Of a stretch of DNA of 61,180 nt, positions 45,620 to 54,711 are shown piece after piece. Below the pieces are notes generated by a model. It made no database searches. It was not told the DNA's origin and saw nothing but the letters and a program-made list of their open reading frames with translations. Numbering within the stretch: the first letter of the stretch is position 1; each line of letters begins with the position of its first letter. The DNA is from a virus. Taxonomy: Duplodnaviria > Caudoviricetes. The stretch is taken from the IMG/VR virus record IMGVR_UViG_3300043414_000203, positions 1 through 61,180 of that record; one strand, 5' to 3'. Both the position numbers and the translations under genes were made by a program.

Positions 45620-45916
45620 TTAACCCTTTAAAATCAGTTTACGAAGTGTCTGCATTTCATCTGTCCAAGACTGCCCACAGATGTAATAGGGTGCGCGGTC
45701 GTTATCGTCGGCAATAATCAAGCGGGAGAAAATGCCATAAGAGGGAAACAAGGCGAGCGGCATACGCAAGCGGCGGGAAAGCCTGTCTTTTGTATCTGCG
45801 CGGCAGCCTTTACCAATAATTGACAGAATCTCGGCTTGCTGATGGTCGGTCAGCGCGGGTTGACTATCGGGCGAGAATTTTGCGTCATGTATTGCGCGGT
45901 CTAATGAATATTGCAT
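45620..45916 (-). CDS. Array mini-gene (98 aa)
   Basis: Leader AGGAGATCACCATG. Confidence 0.75.
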   Translation of the reverse strand: MQYSLDRAIHDAKFSPDSQPALTDHQQAEILSIIGKGCRADTKDRLSRRLRMPLALFPSYGIFSRLIIADDNDRAPYYICGQSWTDEMQTLRKLILKG

Positions 45917-45929
45917 GGTGATCTCCTGA

Positions 45930-46004
45930 TTAAATTGATAAAAGCAAAAACAAAAACAGCCAGAAAATAAAGAATCCGGCTATACCTGTCAGAATTTCAT
46001 TCAT
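45930..46004 (-). CDS. First array gene: 24-aa membrane peptide
   Basis: MNEILTGIAGFFIFWLFLFLLLSI*; RBS AGGAG. Confidence 0.6.
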   Translation of the reverse strand: MNEILTGIAGFFIFWLFLFLLLSI

Positions 46005-46051
46005 TGTTCACTCTCCTAAGTAGTGCGCTCAGGGTTAAGCGCATGCATAGG

Positions 46052-46079
46052 ATATTAGCGGATTGATGCAATATGTCAA
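46052..46079 (-). promoter_or_regulatory. Promoter at head of mini-gene array
   Basis: TTGACA-N16-TAATAT, then hairpin TGCGCT..AGCGCA. Confidence 0.65.
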
Positions 46080-46206
46080 GAGGGTTTATATATTGTATGT
46101 TCTAATCAATAGTTATGTTTTAATAGGTTTTGACTATTCTGGGATTGTTCCTGTATATTGTCGGCATTATTTGGGCGCGAACGAGCGCGAGCGAGAACAG
46201 TTCAAT

Positions 46207-47031
46207 ATGAAAACCATCACAAGGAAACAAGCCAGGGAAGCTATACAGTCTAAAGGCATCGGTTCTGCTATAGGCGTGGGCAAGTTACAAGGCGTAACTG
46301 CAAAGCAGCGCAAGTTTGCTGAAAGCATTGTTATGGACGGCTTGAACGCTTCCGATGCGTATAGAGCGGCTTACGATACCAGCGCAAAGTCCAACACAAT
46401 AAATGTCAATGCTAGCAAACTACTGCATAGCACTAAGGTATCAAATACCATCGACGCACTAGAACGGGCGAAAGAGGCGAGCGCATCGCATTCTGCTGAA
46501 AGCTTGAGGGCTTTATGCGTTTCAACATTGGTTGACGTTGCCTGCAATAGCGACCGAGACGCTGTGCGCGTTGCTGCGGTTCGCGTGTTAGGTAGCGTTG
46601 TCGGTGTAGATGCGTATCGTGAGACTAAGCGCATAGAGACGGTAAAGGATAGCGACGACATCAAAGCCCAGATCATGCTGCAGCTTAAAACTATGATGCT
46701 AGGCAATGCGGATGCCGAGACGGTCGACGCTTCCGACCTGCTAGCCGAATTGACAATTCAGGAAGATGACGACCCCACCGTACCCCCACCATGCCATTCT
46801 GACAATGGGACTCCGACTATCATTGAACATACTATTCCACTCGAACAGTCAGAAGAATTTTTGGATTCAGAAGATTTTTTGAATGAGCTAGAGCAGCCTA
46901 TCCTCTCCAGCGAACCCACCCCCATGTCTTTAGAATCATCACCCACCCCGGGGGATATATTTTTAGAAGATGAGGATAGTTATCAAGATGTTACTGTAAG
47001 TTCTTACAGTAAGCAAATGACAACAAAATGA
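46207..47031 (+). CDS. terS: Terminase small subunit
   Basis: TAKQRKFA..SDAYRAAY..NASKLL motif; upstream of terL; acidic tail. Confidence 0.75.
   Translation: MKTITRKQAREAIQSKGIGSAIGVGKLQGVTAKQRKFAESIVMDGLNASDAYRAAYDTSAKSNTINVNASKLLHSTKVSNTIDALERAKEASASHSAESLRALCVSTLVDVACNSDRDAVRVAAVRVLGSVVGVDAYRETKRIETVKDSDDIKAQIMLQLKTMMLGNADAETVDASDLLAELTIQEDDDPTVPPPCHSDNGTPTIIEHTIPLEQSEEFLDSEDFLNELEQPILSSEPTPMSLESSPTPGDIFLEDEDSYQDVTVSSYSKQMTTK
46991..47012. promoter_or_regulatory. SOS-box-like palindromic operator, copy B
   Basis: TTACTGTAAG-TT-CTTACAGTAA containing CTGT-N8-ACAG, just upstream of LexA-like gene. Confidence 0.7.
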
Positions 47032-47330
47032 CGGTTCTTTTAATAAATAGGGATATGACGGCAAAGAGGAAAGATTTGTCGTTTGAAGAATGTGTGGAGA
47101 AGGATATGACGCCAGCTCAGAGGGAAGTGTTTTTGTGTATAGATGAGTGGTGGAAGAAGTATGGGTTTGGGCCGTCTATACGGGATATATGTAATGTTAG
47201 AGGTAAAGCTGGTATGGGGAATACGTCGGAGATTATTAGCCGGCTTGTGAAGATAGGCGTTCTGAAGAAGGTAAAGGGAGCTGGTCGTAGCGTTCGCCCG
47301 GTTTACATAAACTTTCGCACGTTGGAGTGA
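47028..47330 (+). CDS. LexA DNA-binding-domain-like repressor (no peptidase domain)
   Basis: MTPAQREVF..I..WW.KYGFGPSIRDI..L..IGVLKK..GRSVR. Confidence 0.75.
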   Translation: MTVLLINRDMTAKRKDLSFEECVEKDMTPAQREVFLCIDEWWKKYGFGPSIRDICNVRGKAGMGNTSEIISRLVKIGVLKKVKGAGRSVRPVYINFRTLE

Positions 47331-47379
47331 TGCTCAGAAATGGGCGTTATTGGGCATATAAATAGATACGTGTATACAT

Positions 47380-47577
47380 ATGACAGATAGAGAATTGTTA
47401 ATAGAATCGTTTGAGCTGCTATATACCATTTACCGTAATCAACATGGCACGCGGTATGGAAGGGAGATAAGTGTTTACCCTACGCTATCGAAAATTCAAA
47501 AGCAATTAGAAGAAACTATTGATAGTGGGTATAGTCCTGCTGAAGAAAGAAAGAAGGCGAACGGACAGTGGACTTAA
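47380..47577 (+). CDS. Hypothetical protein
   Basis: ORF in operon. Confidence 0.55.
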   Translation: MTDRELLIESFELLYTIYRNQHGTRYGREISVYPTLSKIQKQLEETIDSGYSPAEERKKANGQWT

Positions 47578-48089
47578 ATAACAAACAGGCGTGGTGTGAA
47601 GAGTATGGTGACAAGATAGAACGGTCGTTCTGTGTAAACAGGCTGTACGACTTGGGACTGTCGGGCTTTATGAATTTAGAAAAACAAAAGAACGTATATG
47701 CCCACGATATGTTTACTGTATTCCAGTCCGATTTGAAGACAGTTCGGACGCCATTCTTTAAGGCATGGGAAAAGTTTGAGATAGATTCCCAGTATGCGGT
47801 GACAATAAATATGAAAGACATGCAGCGGTATAAGGATCTGTATCCCAATATCGTGGTGGTGTTTGACGTACTGTGGGATGAGAAGATTTGTAAAAAGTTT
47901 ATAGAAGGCGTGGAGTATGGGGTAAAACCTATGCACGAAACCTACGCTGGCTTTATTCAGGACATACGCTCGGCGGTCGTGGCCTGCGGGAATAAGAAGG
48001 TGGAGTACCAAGGGCGGGTAAATGATACTGGCGGGAATGCTAAAGCTAGTTATGTATTTGATGTACGTAAATTACAACATCTAGGTTAA
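47568..48089 (+). CDS. Hypothetical protein, possible PD-(D/E)xK-like fold
   Basis: HD..SDLKT pattern; coupled to terL. Confidence 0.6.
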   Translation: MDLNNKQAWCEEYGDKIERSFCVNRLYDLGLSGFMNLEKQKNVYAHDMFTVFQSDLKTVRTPFFKAWEKFEIDSQYAVTINMKDMQRYKDLYPNIVVVFDVLWDEKICKKFIEGVEYGVKPMHETYAGFIQDIRSAVVACGNKKVEYQGRVNDTGGNAKASYVFDVRKLQHLG

Positions 48090-49564
48090 TGGATTTATCT
48101 GAACTGATAGGCAAGCTTCCCGCCAACGAGCAGGAGAAACTACTGGAGCAGGTAAGCCAGTATAAGGATGCTGTCACGCGGGAGAAAGCTCAGAAGTCGT
48201 TTATGGCGTTCGTGTATGAAATGTGGCCTGGGTTTATTCACGGTAGACATCATGCTCTTATGGCTAAGAAGTTTGAAGAGATAGCTGCGGGGAAGTTAAA
48301 GAGACTGATCATCAACATGCCGCCGCGTCATACCAAATCTGAGTTTGCCAGCTTCTTACTTCCTAGCTGGTTCTTAGGGAAGTACCCAGACAAGAAGGTT
48401 ATCCAAACATCTAACACGGCTGAACTTGCAGTGGGATTTGGTAGGAAGGTTAGGAACTTAGTTGATAGCGAACAGTATTCAAAGATCTTCCCAGGCGTCG
48501 GTCTCCGTGCGGATTCCAAGGCGGCGGGACGTTGGGCTACTAGCCACGGTGGTGATTATTTTGCTATTGGTGTTGGCGGCACTGTTACTGGTAAGGGTGC
48601 TGATCTTTTAATAATAGACGATCCCCATTCGGAACAAGAAGCAAAGCTGGCTCAAGGCGATCCCGGCGTCTTTGATAATGTCTACGAGTGGTATACCTCT
48701 GGCCCGCGTCAACGTTTACAACCAGGCGGTGCCATTATTATCGTAATGACCCGCTGGTCGGACAAAGATCTTACTGGCAAGGTCTTAAAGAGTGATGCAA
48801 CTGACTGGGAAATAATAGAACTACCGGCAATTCTTCCATCGGGAAACAGTCTGTGGCCTGAATTCTGGCCTTTAGAAGAACTGGAAGCGTTAAAAGAAGA
48901 ACTTCCGGTGTACAAATGGAATGCTCAGTACCAACAAAAGCCTACAGGTGAAGAGGGTGCGTTAGTAAAGAGGGATTGGTGGCAGCGTTGGGAGTCAGAT
49001 AGAGCGCCGCCATGTGAATTTATCATCCAAAGTTGGGATACTGCGTTCACAAAAAGTCAGCGGGCTGACTATTCTGCGTGTACAACATGGGGTGTGTTCC
49101 ACAAAGACGAGAATGAGAGTGATGTAAACATCATTTTGCTCGATGCGTGGAAGGATAAGCTGGAGTTTCCTGAGTTAAAGGCTAAAGCCAAGGAAATGTA
49201 CGACGAATGGGAGCCAGATTCTTGCATTATTGAAGCAAAAGCTGCTGGAGCGCCGTTGATATTTGAGTTGAGAAGGATGGGCGTGTACGTACAGGACTAC
49301 ACGCCAACCCGTGGCAACGATAAGTTTGTGCGTTTGAACAGCGTGACGGACTTATTTTCATCCGGTAAAGTGTGGGCGCCTGAGACTCGGTGGGCAGACG
49401 AGGTTATAGAAGAGATGGCAAGGTTTCCGAACGCAGAACACGATGACTTGGTGGATAGTTCCGTACAAGCATTGATGCGATTTCGGCAGGGCGGATTTTT
49501 GCGGCTTAATTCTGACGAAGAAGACGATCCTATCGAATTCCGTCGTAAGCGCGTTTACTACTAA
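48089..49564 (+). CDS. terL: Terminase large subunit
   Basis: INMPPRHTKS, LIIDDP, MTRW, SWDTA, HDDLVDS. Confidence 0.95.
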   Translation: MDLSELIGKLPANEQEKLLEQVSQYKDAVTREKAQKSFMAFVYEMWPGFIHGRHHALMAKKFEEIAAGKLKRLIINMPPRHTKSEFASFLLPSWFLGKYPDKKVIQTSNTAELAVGFGRKVRNLVDSEQYSKIFPGVGLRADSKAAGRWATSHGGDYFAIGVGGTVTGKGADLLIIDDPHSEQEAKLAQGDPGVFDNVYEWYTSGPRQRLQPGGAIIIVMTRWSDKDLTGKVLKSDATDWEIIELPAILPSGNSLWPEFWPLEELEALKEELPVYKWNAQYQQKPTGEEGALVKRDWWQRWESDRAPPCEFIIQSWDTAFTKSQRADYSACTTWGVFHKDENESDVNIILLDAWKDKLEFPELKAKAKEMYDEWEPDSCIIEAKAAGAPLIFELRRMGVYVQDYTPTRGNDKFVRLNSVTDLFSSGKVWAPETRWADEVIEEMARFPNAEHDDLVDSSVQALMRFRQGGFLRLNSDEEDDPIEFRRKRVYY

Positions 49565-49572
49565 GGACTAAC

Positions 49573-52023
49573 ATGGCTACAAATTTTGACAAAGCTCTCT
49601 ATCAAGCTCCACAAGGACTAGATTCTATGGACGATATGGACGGGATTGAGATTGAGATTGAGGATCCTGAGTCTGTATCTATAGGACTAGGTGATATAGA
49701 GATTGATATCGAGCCAAACAAAAAGTCAACCGACGATTTTGACGCCAATCTTGCGGAATACATGGATGAGAGCGAGCTTCAAGAGCTGGCTGGAGACTTG
49801 TTATCTGACTTTGATGACGATATTGACGCCCGCAAAGACTGGATGCAGACGTATGTGGACGGTTTAGAACTATTGGGGATGAAAATTGAAGAACGATCAG
49901 AACCATGGGAAGGTGCATGTGGCGTTTATCATCCGTTGTTATCTGAGGCTCTTGTCAAATTCCAAGCCGAGACGATTATGGAGACATTCCCAGCTGCGGG
50001 GCCAGTTAAAACTAAGATTATTGGTAAGGAAACACCTTCGAAGAAGGAATCTGCTGAACGTGTGCAAGACGACATGAACTATCAGCTTACCGAAGTAATG
50101 ACTGAGTACCGTCCAGAGCATGAGCGCATGATTTGGGGCTTAGGTCTGTCAGGTAATGCGTTTAAAAAGGTCTACTTTGATCCTAGTCTAGATAGACAGG
50201 TATCTTTGTTTGTCCCAGCCGAAGATGTAGTGGTTCCTTATGGCGCTTCTAACTTAGAAACAGCCAACCGCATGAGTCATGTCATGCGCAAGACCAAGAA
50301 TGAACTTCGCCGTTTGATGGTTGCTGGCTTCTACAAGGATATAGACCTGCCAGAGCCACAGAATACGCTAGATGATGTAGAGAAAAAGATTGCCGAACGC
50401 ATGGGTTTCCGTGCTACGTCGGACGATAGGTACAAACTGCTAGAGATGCAGGTATATCTAGACTTGCCTGGCTATGAAGATAAAGACGAGAAGGGTAAGG
50501 AGACTGGTATTGGTCTTCCATACATTGTAACTATTGAAAAAACTTCTCAAGAGATTTTAGCTATCAAGAGAAACTGGCATCCTGAAGATGAAACCTGTCA
50601 AAAAAGGAACCACTTTGTTCACTACCCATATATTCCAGGCTTTGGCTTCTATGCCTTTGGCCTTATTCATCTTATCGGTGCTTTTGCTAAGTCTGGTACT
50701 TCTATTATTAGGCAGCTTGTTGATGCTGGCACTTTATCGAACCTTCCTGGGGGTCTCAAGACTAAGGGAATGCGGGTCAAGGGAGATGACACTCCAATTT
50801 CTCCCGGCGAGTTCCGAGATGTGGACGTCGCGTCCGGCACCATTAGAGACAACATCCTCCCTCTCCCCTACAAAGAGCCAAGTCAAGTCCTCTTAGCGTT
50901 AATGAACCAGATCGTTGACGAAGGTCGGCGTTTTGCTGGTGCAGCAGACTTAAAGATTGCAGATATGTCTTCCAATTCACCAGTGGGTACAACACTGGCT
51001 ATATTGGAGAGAACTCTCAAGGTAATGTCAGCAGTTCAAGCGCGTGTTCACTACGCGATGAAGCAAGAACTGAAGCTGCTGAAGGAAATCATTGCTGACT
51101 ACACGCCGGAAGAGTACGACTACGAGCCAGTAGAAGGATCGCGTCGTGCTAAGAAGTCTGACTACGACAAAGTGGATGTTATTCCAGTATCTGATCCTAA
51201 TGCGGCAACTATGGCGCAGAAGGTTGTCCAGTATCAGGCCGTTATGCAGATGGCGCAGGCCAATCCACAGATATATGACTTGGTAGAGCTAAACCGCCAG
51301 ATGCTAGAAGTCTTAGGTATCAAGAACATTGGTAAGTTAGTGCCAAGCGCGGAAGACTTTAAACCTAAAGACCCAGTGCAAGAGAACATGAACATCCTTA
51401 ATGGCAAGCCTGTTAAGGCGTTCATCTATCAGGATCACCAAGCGCACATCCAAGTACACCAGTCAGCTATGCAAGACCCAAAAATTGCACAGATTGTTGG
51501 TCAAAACCCCAAAGCTCAGATGATTCAAGCGGCTGCTATGGCGCATATCAATGAGCATGTGGCGTTTGAGTATCGCAAACAGATAGAAGAGCAACTGGGT
51601 ATTCCTTTGCCAGAGATGGATAAAGAGTTACCTAAAGATATGGAAGTAGAAATATCCCGAATGATGGCGTTGGCAGCACAAAAACTGTTGACTAAAGATC
51701 AGGCGGAAGCTGCACAAAAGCAGGCGCAACAAGCGGCCCAAGACCCGATTGTTCAAATGCAGCAGCAGGAGTTGATGTTAAAGCAGAAGGAAGTGGAGTT
51801 GAAAGAGAAGAAACTTGCGATGGACGCTACTGCAAAAGCAGACGAAATCGAGCTAGAGAGAGAACGTATCGAAGCCCAGAAGGAAATTGCTGGTATGCAG
51901 GTCGGATCAAAAGTCGCTGCGGAGAAAGCAAGATTCGAGGGTGAGATGCAGATCAAAGGTCTGGAAATTGGTTCCAAAATAGCCAAAGAACGGATGGATA
52001 TGGGTAACAAGAAAGGTAAATAA
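49573..52023 (+). CDS. Portal protein
   Basis: Follows terL; 816 aa; GNAFKKVY, QLVDAGTLSN, C-terminal coiled coil. Confidence 0.85.
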   Translation: MATNFDKALYQAPQGLDSMDDMDGIEIEIEDPESVSIGLGDIEIDIEPNKKSTDDFDANLAEYMDESELQELAGDLLSDFDDDIDARKDWMQTYVDGLELLGMKIEERSEPWEGACGVYHPLLSEALVKFQAETIMETFPAAGPVKTKIIGKETPSKKESAERVQDDMNYQLTEVMTEYRPEHERMIWGLGLSGNAFKKVYFDPSLDRQVSLFVPAEDVVVPYGASNLETANRMSHVMRKTKNELRRLMVAGFYKDIDLPEPQNTLDDVEKKIAERMGFRATSDDRYKLLEMQVYLDLPGYEDKDEKGKETGIGLPYIVTIEKTSQEILAIKRNWHPEDETCQKRNHFVHYPYIPGFGFYAFGLIHLIGAFAKSGTSIIRQLVDAGTLSNLPGGLKTKGMRVKGDDTPISPGEFRDVDVASGTIRDNILPLPYKEPSQVLLALMNQIVDEGRRFAGAADLKIADMSSNSPVGTTLAILERTLKVMSAVQARVHYAMKQELKLLKEIIADYTPEEYDYEPVEGSRRAKKSDYDKVDVIPVSDPNAATMAQKVVQYQAVMQMAQANPQIYDLVELNRQMLEVLGIKNIGKLVPSAEDFKPKDPVQENMNILNGKPVKAFIYQDHQAHIQVHQSAMQDPKIAQIVGQNPKAQMIQAAAMAHINEHVAFEYRKQIEEQLGIPLPEMDKELPKDMEVEISRMMALAAQKLLTKDQAEAAQKQAQQAAQDPIVQMQQQELMLKQKEVELKEKKLAMDATAKADEIELERERIEAQKEIAGMQVGSKVAAEKARFEGEMQIKGLEIGSKIAKERMDMGNKKGK

Positions 52024-52025
52024 TT

Positions 52026-52217
52026 ATGGATAAGGCGTTTGAAATTCTCATTCAACAAGTGAGAGATAAGCGTCAGCAGATAGTCGAGGCCGTTTCAACC
52101 AACGCTGCCAAAGACTACTCTGATTATCAAAAACTTTGCGGCGAGATTCGGGGTCTCTCGATTGCAGAGGGTTTTATATTAGACCTTGCAAAAACTATGG
52201 AGTTATCTGATGAGTGA
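52026..52217 (+). CDS. Small head-module protein
   Basis: Y..LCGEIRGL motif common after portals. Confidence 0.75.
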   Translation: MDKAFEILIQQVRDKRQQIVEAVSTNAAKDYSDYQKLCGEIRGLSIAEGFILDLAKTMELSDE

Positions 52218-52611
52218 AATCGCAATCGCCACCGAAGACGGCGAGGTATCAACTCTGCCACAAACAGCAGAAGAGAAAGCGAAACAATTACCGGAACCAA
52301 CTGGATATCACATCCTAGTAGGACTGCCGGACAAAGAAGAAAAATTCGACAGCGGCCTGTTAAAAGCAGACCAAACCATGAATCACGAACAGATTCTGGC
52401 TACCGTATTTTTCGTAATCAAAATTGGGCCAGATTGCTACAAAGACGCAAAACGGTTTCCAAATGGCCCATGGTGTAAGGAAGGGGATTTTATTCTCGCC
52501 CGCCCTAACACTGGTACTCGCTTGAAGATTCATGGTCGTGAGTTTCGACTCATTAACGACGATGTAGTTGAAGCAGTTGTGGATGATCCTCGTGGTATAT
52601 CCAGGGCTTAA
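52210..52611 (+). CDS. groES: GroES-like co-chaperonin
   Basis: PTGYHILV, SGLL, IGPDCY, WCKEGD, FRLINDD.VEAVV. Confidence 0.8.
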   Translation: MSEIAIATEDGEVSTLPQTAEEKAKQLPEPTGYHILVGLPDKEEKFDSGLLKADQTMNHEQILATVFFVIKIGPDCYKDAKRFPNGPWCKEGDFILARPNTGTRLKIHGREFRLINDDVVEAVVDDPRGISRA

Positions 52612-52625
52612 CAAAGGAGAAACAA

Positions 52626-53576
52626 ATGGCTACAAATAGAATGGATGCGGAAGACTTTAAGTTTCCCGATGAGAAGGAAGAAACATCTTCTTCTGCGGAA
52701 GAATTTGAGATAGAGATTGAGGACGATACTCCGCCGGAGGATAGAGACCGGCAGCCTTTACCTAAAGATATAGTTGACGAGCTTGAAGATGATGAGCTTG
52801 AAGAATATAGCGAAGGGGTAAAGACTCGTCTGAAGCAAATGAAAAAGGTCTGGCACGACGAGCGCCGTGAGAAAGAGCAGGCATTACGGGAGCAGCAAGA
52901 AGCTGTAGCGTATGCCAAGCAGATGATGGAAGAGAACCGTTCCCTTAAAGGACGGCTATCTACGGGTGAGCAGCACTTTATTGACACCTACAAATCTGCG
53001 GCAGAGTTGGAGCTAGACAATGCTAAACGGGATTACAAAGACGCCTATGACATGGGTGATTCTGACCTTTTGCTGAATGCTCAGGAAAAGTTAAATCAGG
53101 CTCAGTTCAAAATTCAGAAAGCAAAAGAATTTGTTCCGTCTAGACAACCTGAAGAAAGTGATGTACAACCCGCAACTAATACAGTACCTCGCCCTGACCA
53201 ACGAGCGATTGCGTGGCAAGAGCGCAATGAATGGTTTGGTAAGGATGAGGAAATGACTAGCTTGGCTCTGGGATTACATCAGAAGCTAGTTGCTCAATAC
53301 GGGACGTCATATCCGTCCACGGATGAGTATTGGAAGAAGGTTGATGACACTATGCGTCGTCGATTCCCGGAGAACTTTGGGGACAAGGAAGAGGAAGCAG
53401 CGCCACAAAAAACGCAGCGTTCCAAACCCGCCTCTGTCGTAGCTTCTGCTGATCGCAGCACACCCTCCAAAAAGGTGAAGCTGAAACAGTCGCAAGTCCT
53501 GATTGCCAAGAAATTAGGATTAACACCAGAACAGTACGTCAGAGAAATGATGAAATTGGAGGCTTCAAATGGCTGA
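52626..53576 (+). CDS. Capsid scaffolding protein
   Basis: Acidic N-terminus, coiled coil, C-terminal IAKKLGLTPEQY. Confidence 0.7.
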   Translation: MATNRMDAEDFKFPDEKEETSSSAEEFEIEIEDDTPPEDRDRQPLPKDIVDELEDDELEEYSEGVKTRLKQMKKVWHDERREKEQALREQQEAVAYAKQMMEENRSLKGRLSTGEQHFIDTYKSAAELELDNAKRDYKDAYDMGDSDLLLNAQEKLNQAQFKIQKAKEFVPSRQPEESDVQPATNTVPRPDQRAIAWQERNEWFGKDEEMTSLALGLHQKLVAQYGTSYPSTDEYWKKVDDTMRRRFPENFGDKEEEAAPQKTQRSKPASVVASADRSTPSKKVKLKQSQVLIAKKLGLTPEQYVREMMKLEASNG

Positions 53577-54015
53577 GAATAGAACACCCCGTAATGTAGA
53601 AACGCGCGTCCAAGCGGAACGCCCTAAGCAGTGGCAACCCGCAGAGCTTCTGCCAGAACCAGATAAGCTCCCAGGATATGCGTATAGATGGATTCGTGTT
53701 GGGCTTCAAGGAACTGCTGATCCCCGTAACTACTCTGCCAAACTCAGAGAAGGTTGGGAACCGGTAAAGATTGAAGAGCAACCAGCATTTCAACTGCTAG
53801 TCGATGAAGGTAGTCGTTTTAAAGACGGCATCGAAGTCGGCGGATTGTTACTTTGCAAGACACCGATTGAGTTTGTGGAACAGCGTAATAGCCACTATCT
53901 CAAGCAATCTGAAAATCAGATTCTTGCTGTGGATAACAATTTAATGAAGCAAAACGACCCTCGTATGCCCCTGTTCAAAGAGTCAAAATCATCGACTTCT
54001 AGAAGTGGTGGCTAG
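53569..54015 (+). CDS. Head-module hypothetical protein
   Basis: YRWIR, REGWEPV, GGLLLCK. Confidence 0.7.
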   Translation: MAENRTPRNVETRVQAERPKQWQPAELLPEPDKLPGYAYRWIRVGLQGTADPRNYSAKLREGWEPVKIEEQPAFQLLVDEGSRFKDGIEVGGLLLCKTPIEFVEQRNSHYLKQSENQILAVDNNLMKQNDPRMPLFKESKSSTSRSGG

Positions 54016-54035
54016 TTAATTTTTTGGAGTAAACA

Positions 54036-54701
54036 ATGGCTTATCCTACTGTTAATGCCCCTTACGGGCTTCTGCCGATCAATTTGATCGGCGGACAGGT
54101 GTATGCCGGTGCGACTCGCTATTTTACAATTGCCAGCGGTTATAACGTTGACATGTTCTTTGGCGATCCAGTCAAACTCGCAAGCAATGGTACCGTTACT
54201 AAAGAAACGGGCACATCGACTGCGAATCCGGTAGGCATCTTTATGGGCTGTACTTATACCAACCCAAGCACCAAGCAGAAACTGTTCTATCAGAACTGGC
54301 CTGCTGGTACTGTTGCATCTGATGCGCAAGCAGTTGTTGTTGATGATCCCGATATTCTGTTTAAAGTAGTAACTGTTTCTAGTGGCACTACTGTGGCTTT
54401 TTACGGCCCAGCTATTGTTGGCGAGAATGCAGTTCTAGTTCAGAACCAAGGTTCTAATAACACTGGTGATTCGTCTATTGCAATTTTTGGCGGCAACACA
54501 GCAGTTACTGCTTCGTTCCCGATCCGCATTGTTGACTATGTAACTGATACTGGTAATAGCTCTAACGGCTATTGCGAGTGGATTTGCAAATTTAACTCAC
54601 CGTATGCGGTTACAACAATTGTTGTTAACTTGGCTGGAGCAAATACAGCTACAACCACAATGACCGGCGGGCATCAGTACCTCAACCCGACTGGCGTTTA
54701 A
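54036..54701 (+). CDS. Putative capsid decoration/minor capsid protein
   Basis: PYGLLP, FFGDPV, VGIFMGC, VVDDP; directly before MCP. Confidence 0.65.
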   Translation: MAYPTVNAPYGLLPINLIGGQVYAGATRYFTIASGYNVDMFFGDPVKLASNGTVTKETGTSTANPVGIFMGCTYTNPSTKQKLFYQNWPAGTVASDAQAVVVDDPDILFKVVTVSSGTTVAFYGPAIVGENAVLVQNQGSNNTGDSSIAIFGGNTAVTASFPIRIVDYVTDTGNSSNGYCEWICKFNSPYAVTTIVVNLAGANTATTTMTGGHQYLNPTGV

Positions 54702-54711
54702 GGAGTAAGTC

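Larger units (their letters stand above)
41792..45927 (-). repeat. ~19 dispersed copies of 16-nt leader AGGAGATCAGACGATG (RBS + spacer + start)
   Basis: Plus-strand CATCGTCTGATCTCCT exact at 41980, 43511, 44459, 44602; 1 mismatch at 41792, 42165, 42476, 42813, 43905, 44099, 44279; variants at 42664, 43260, 43708, 44691, 44836, 45138, 45409, 45914. Confidence 0.92.

Noticed and set aside
41792-45927. Repeated 16-mers as a CRISPR array
   Set aside because: Repeats are short RBS/start motifs; the intervening segments are ~140-500-bp complete ORFs; no cas operon
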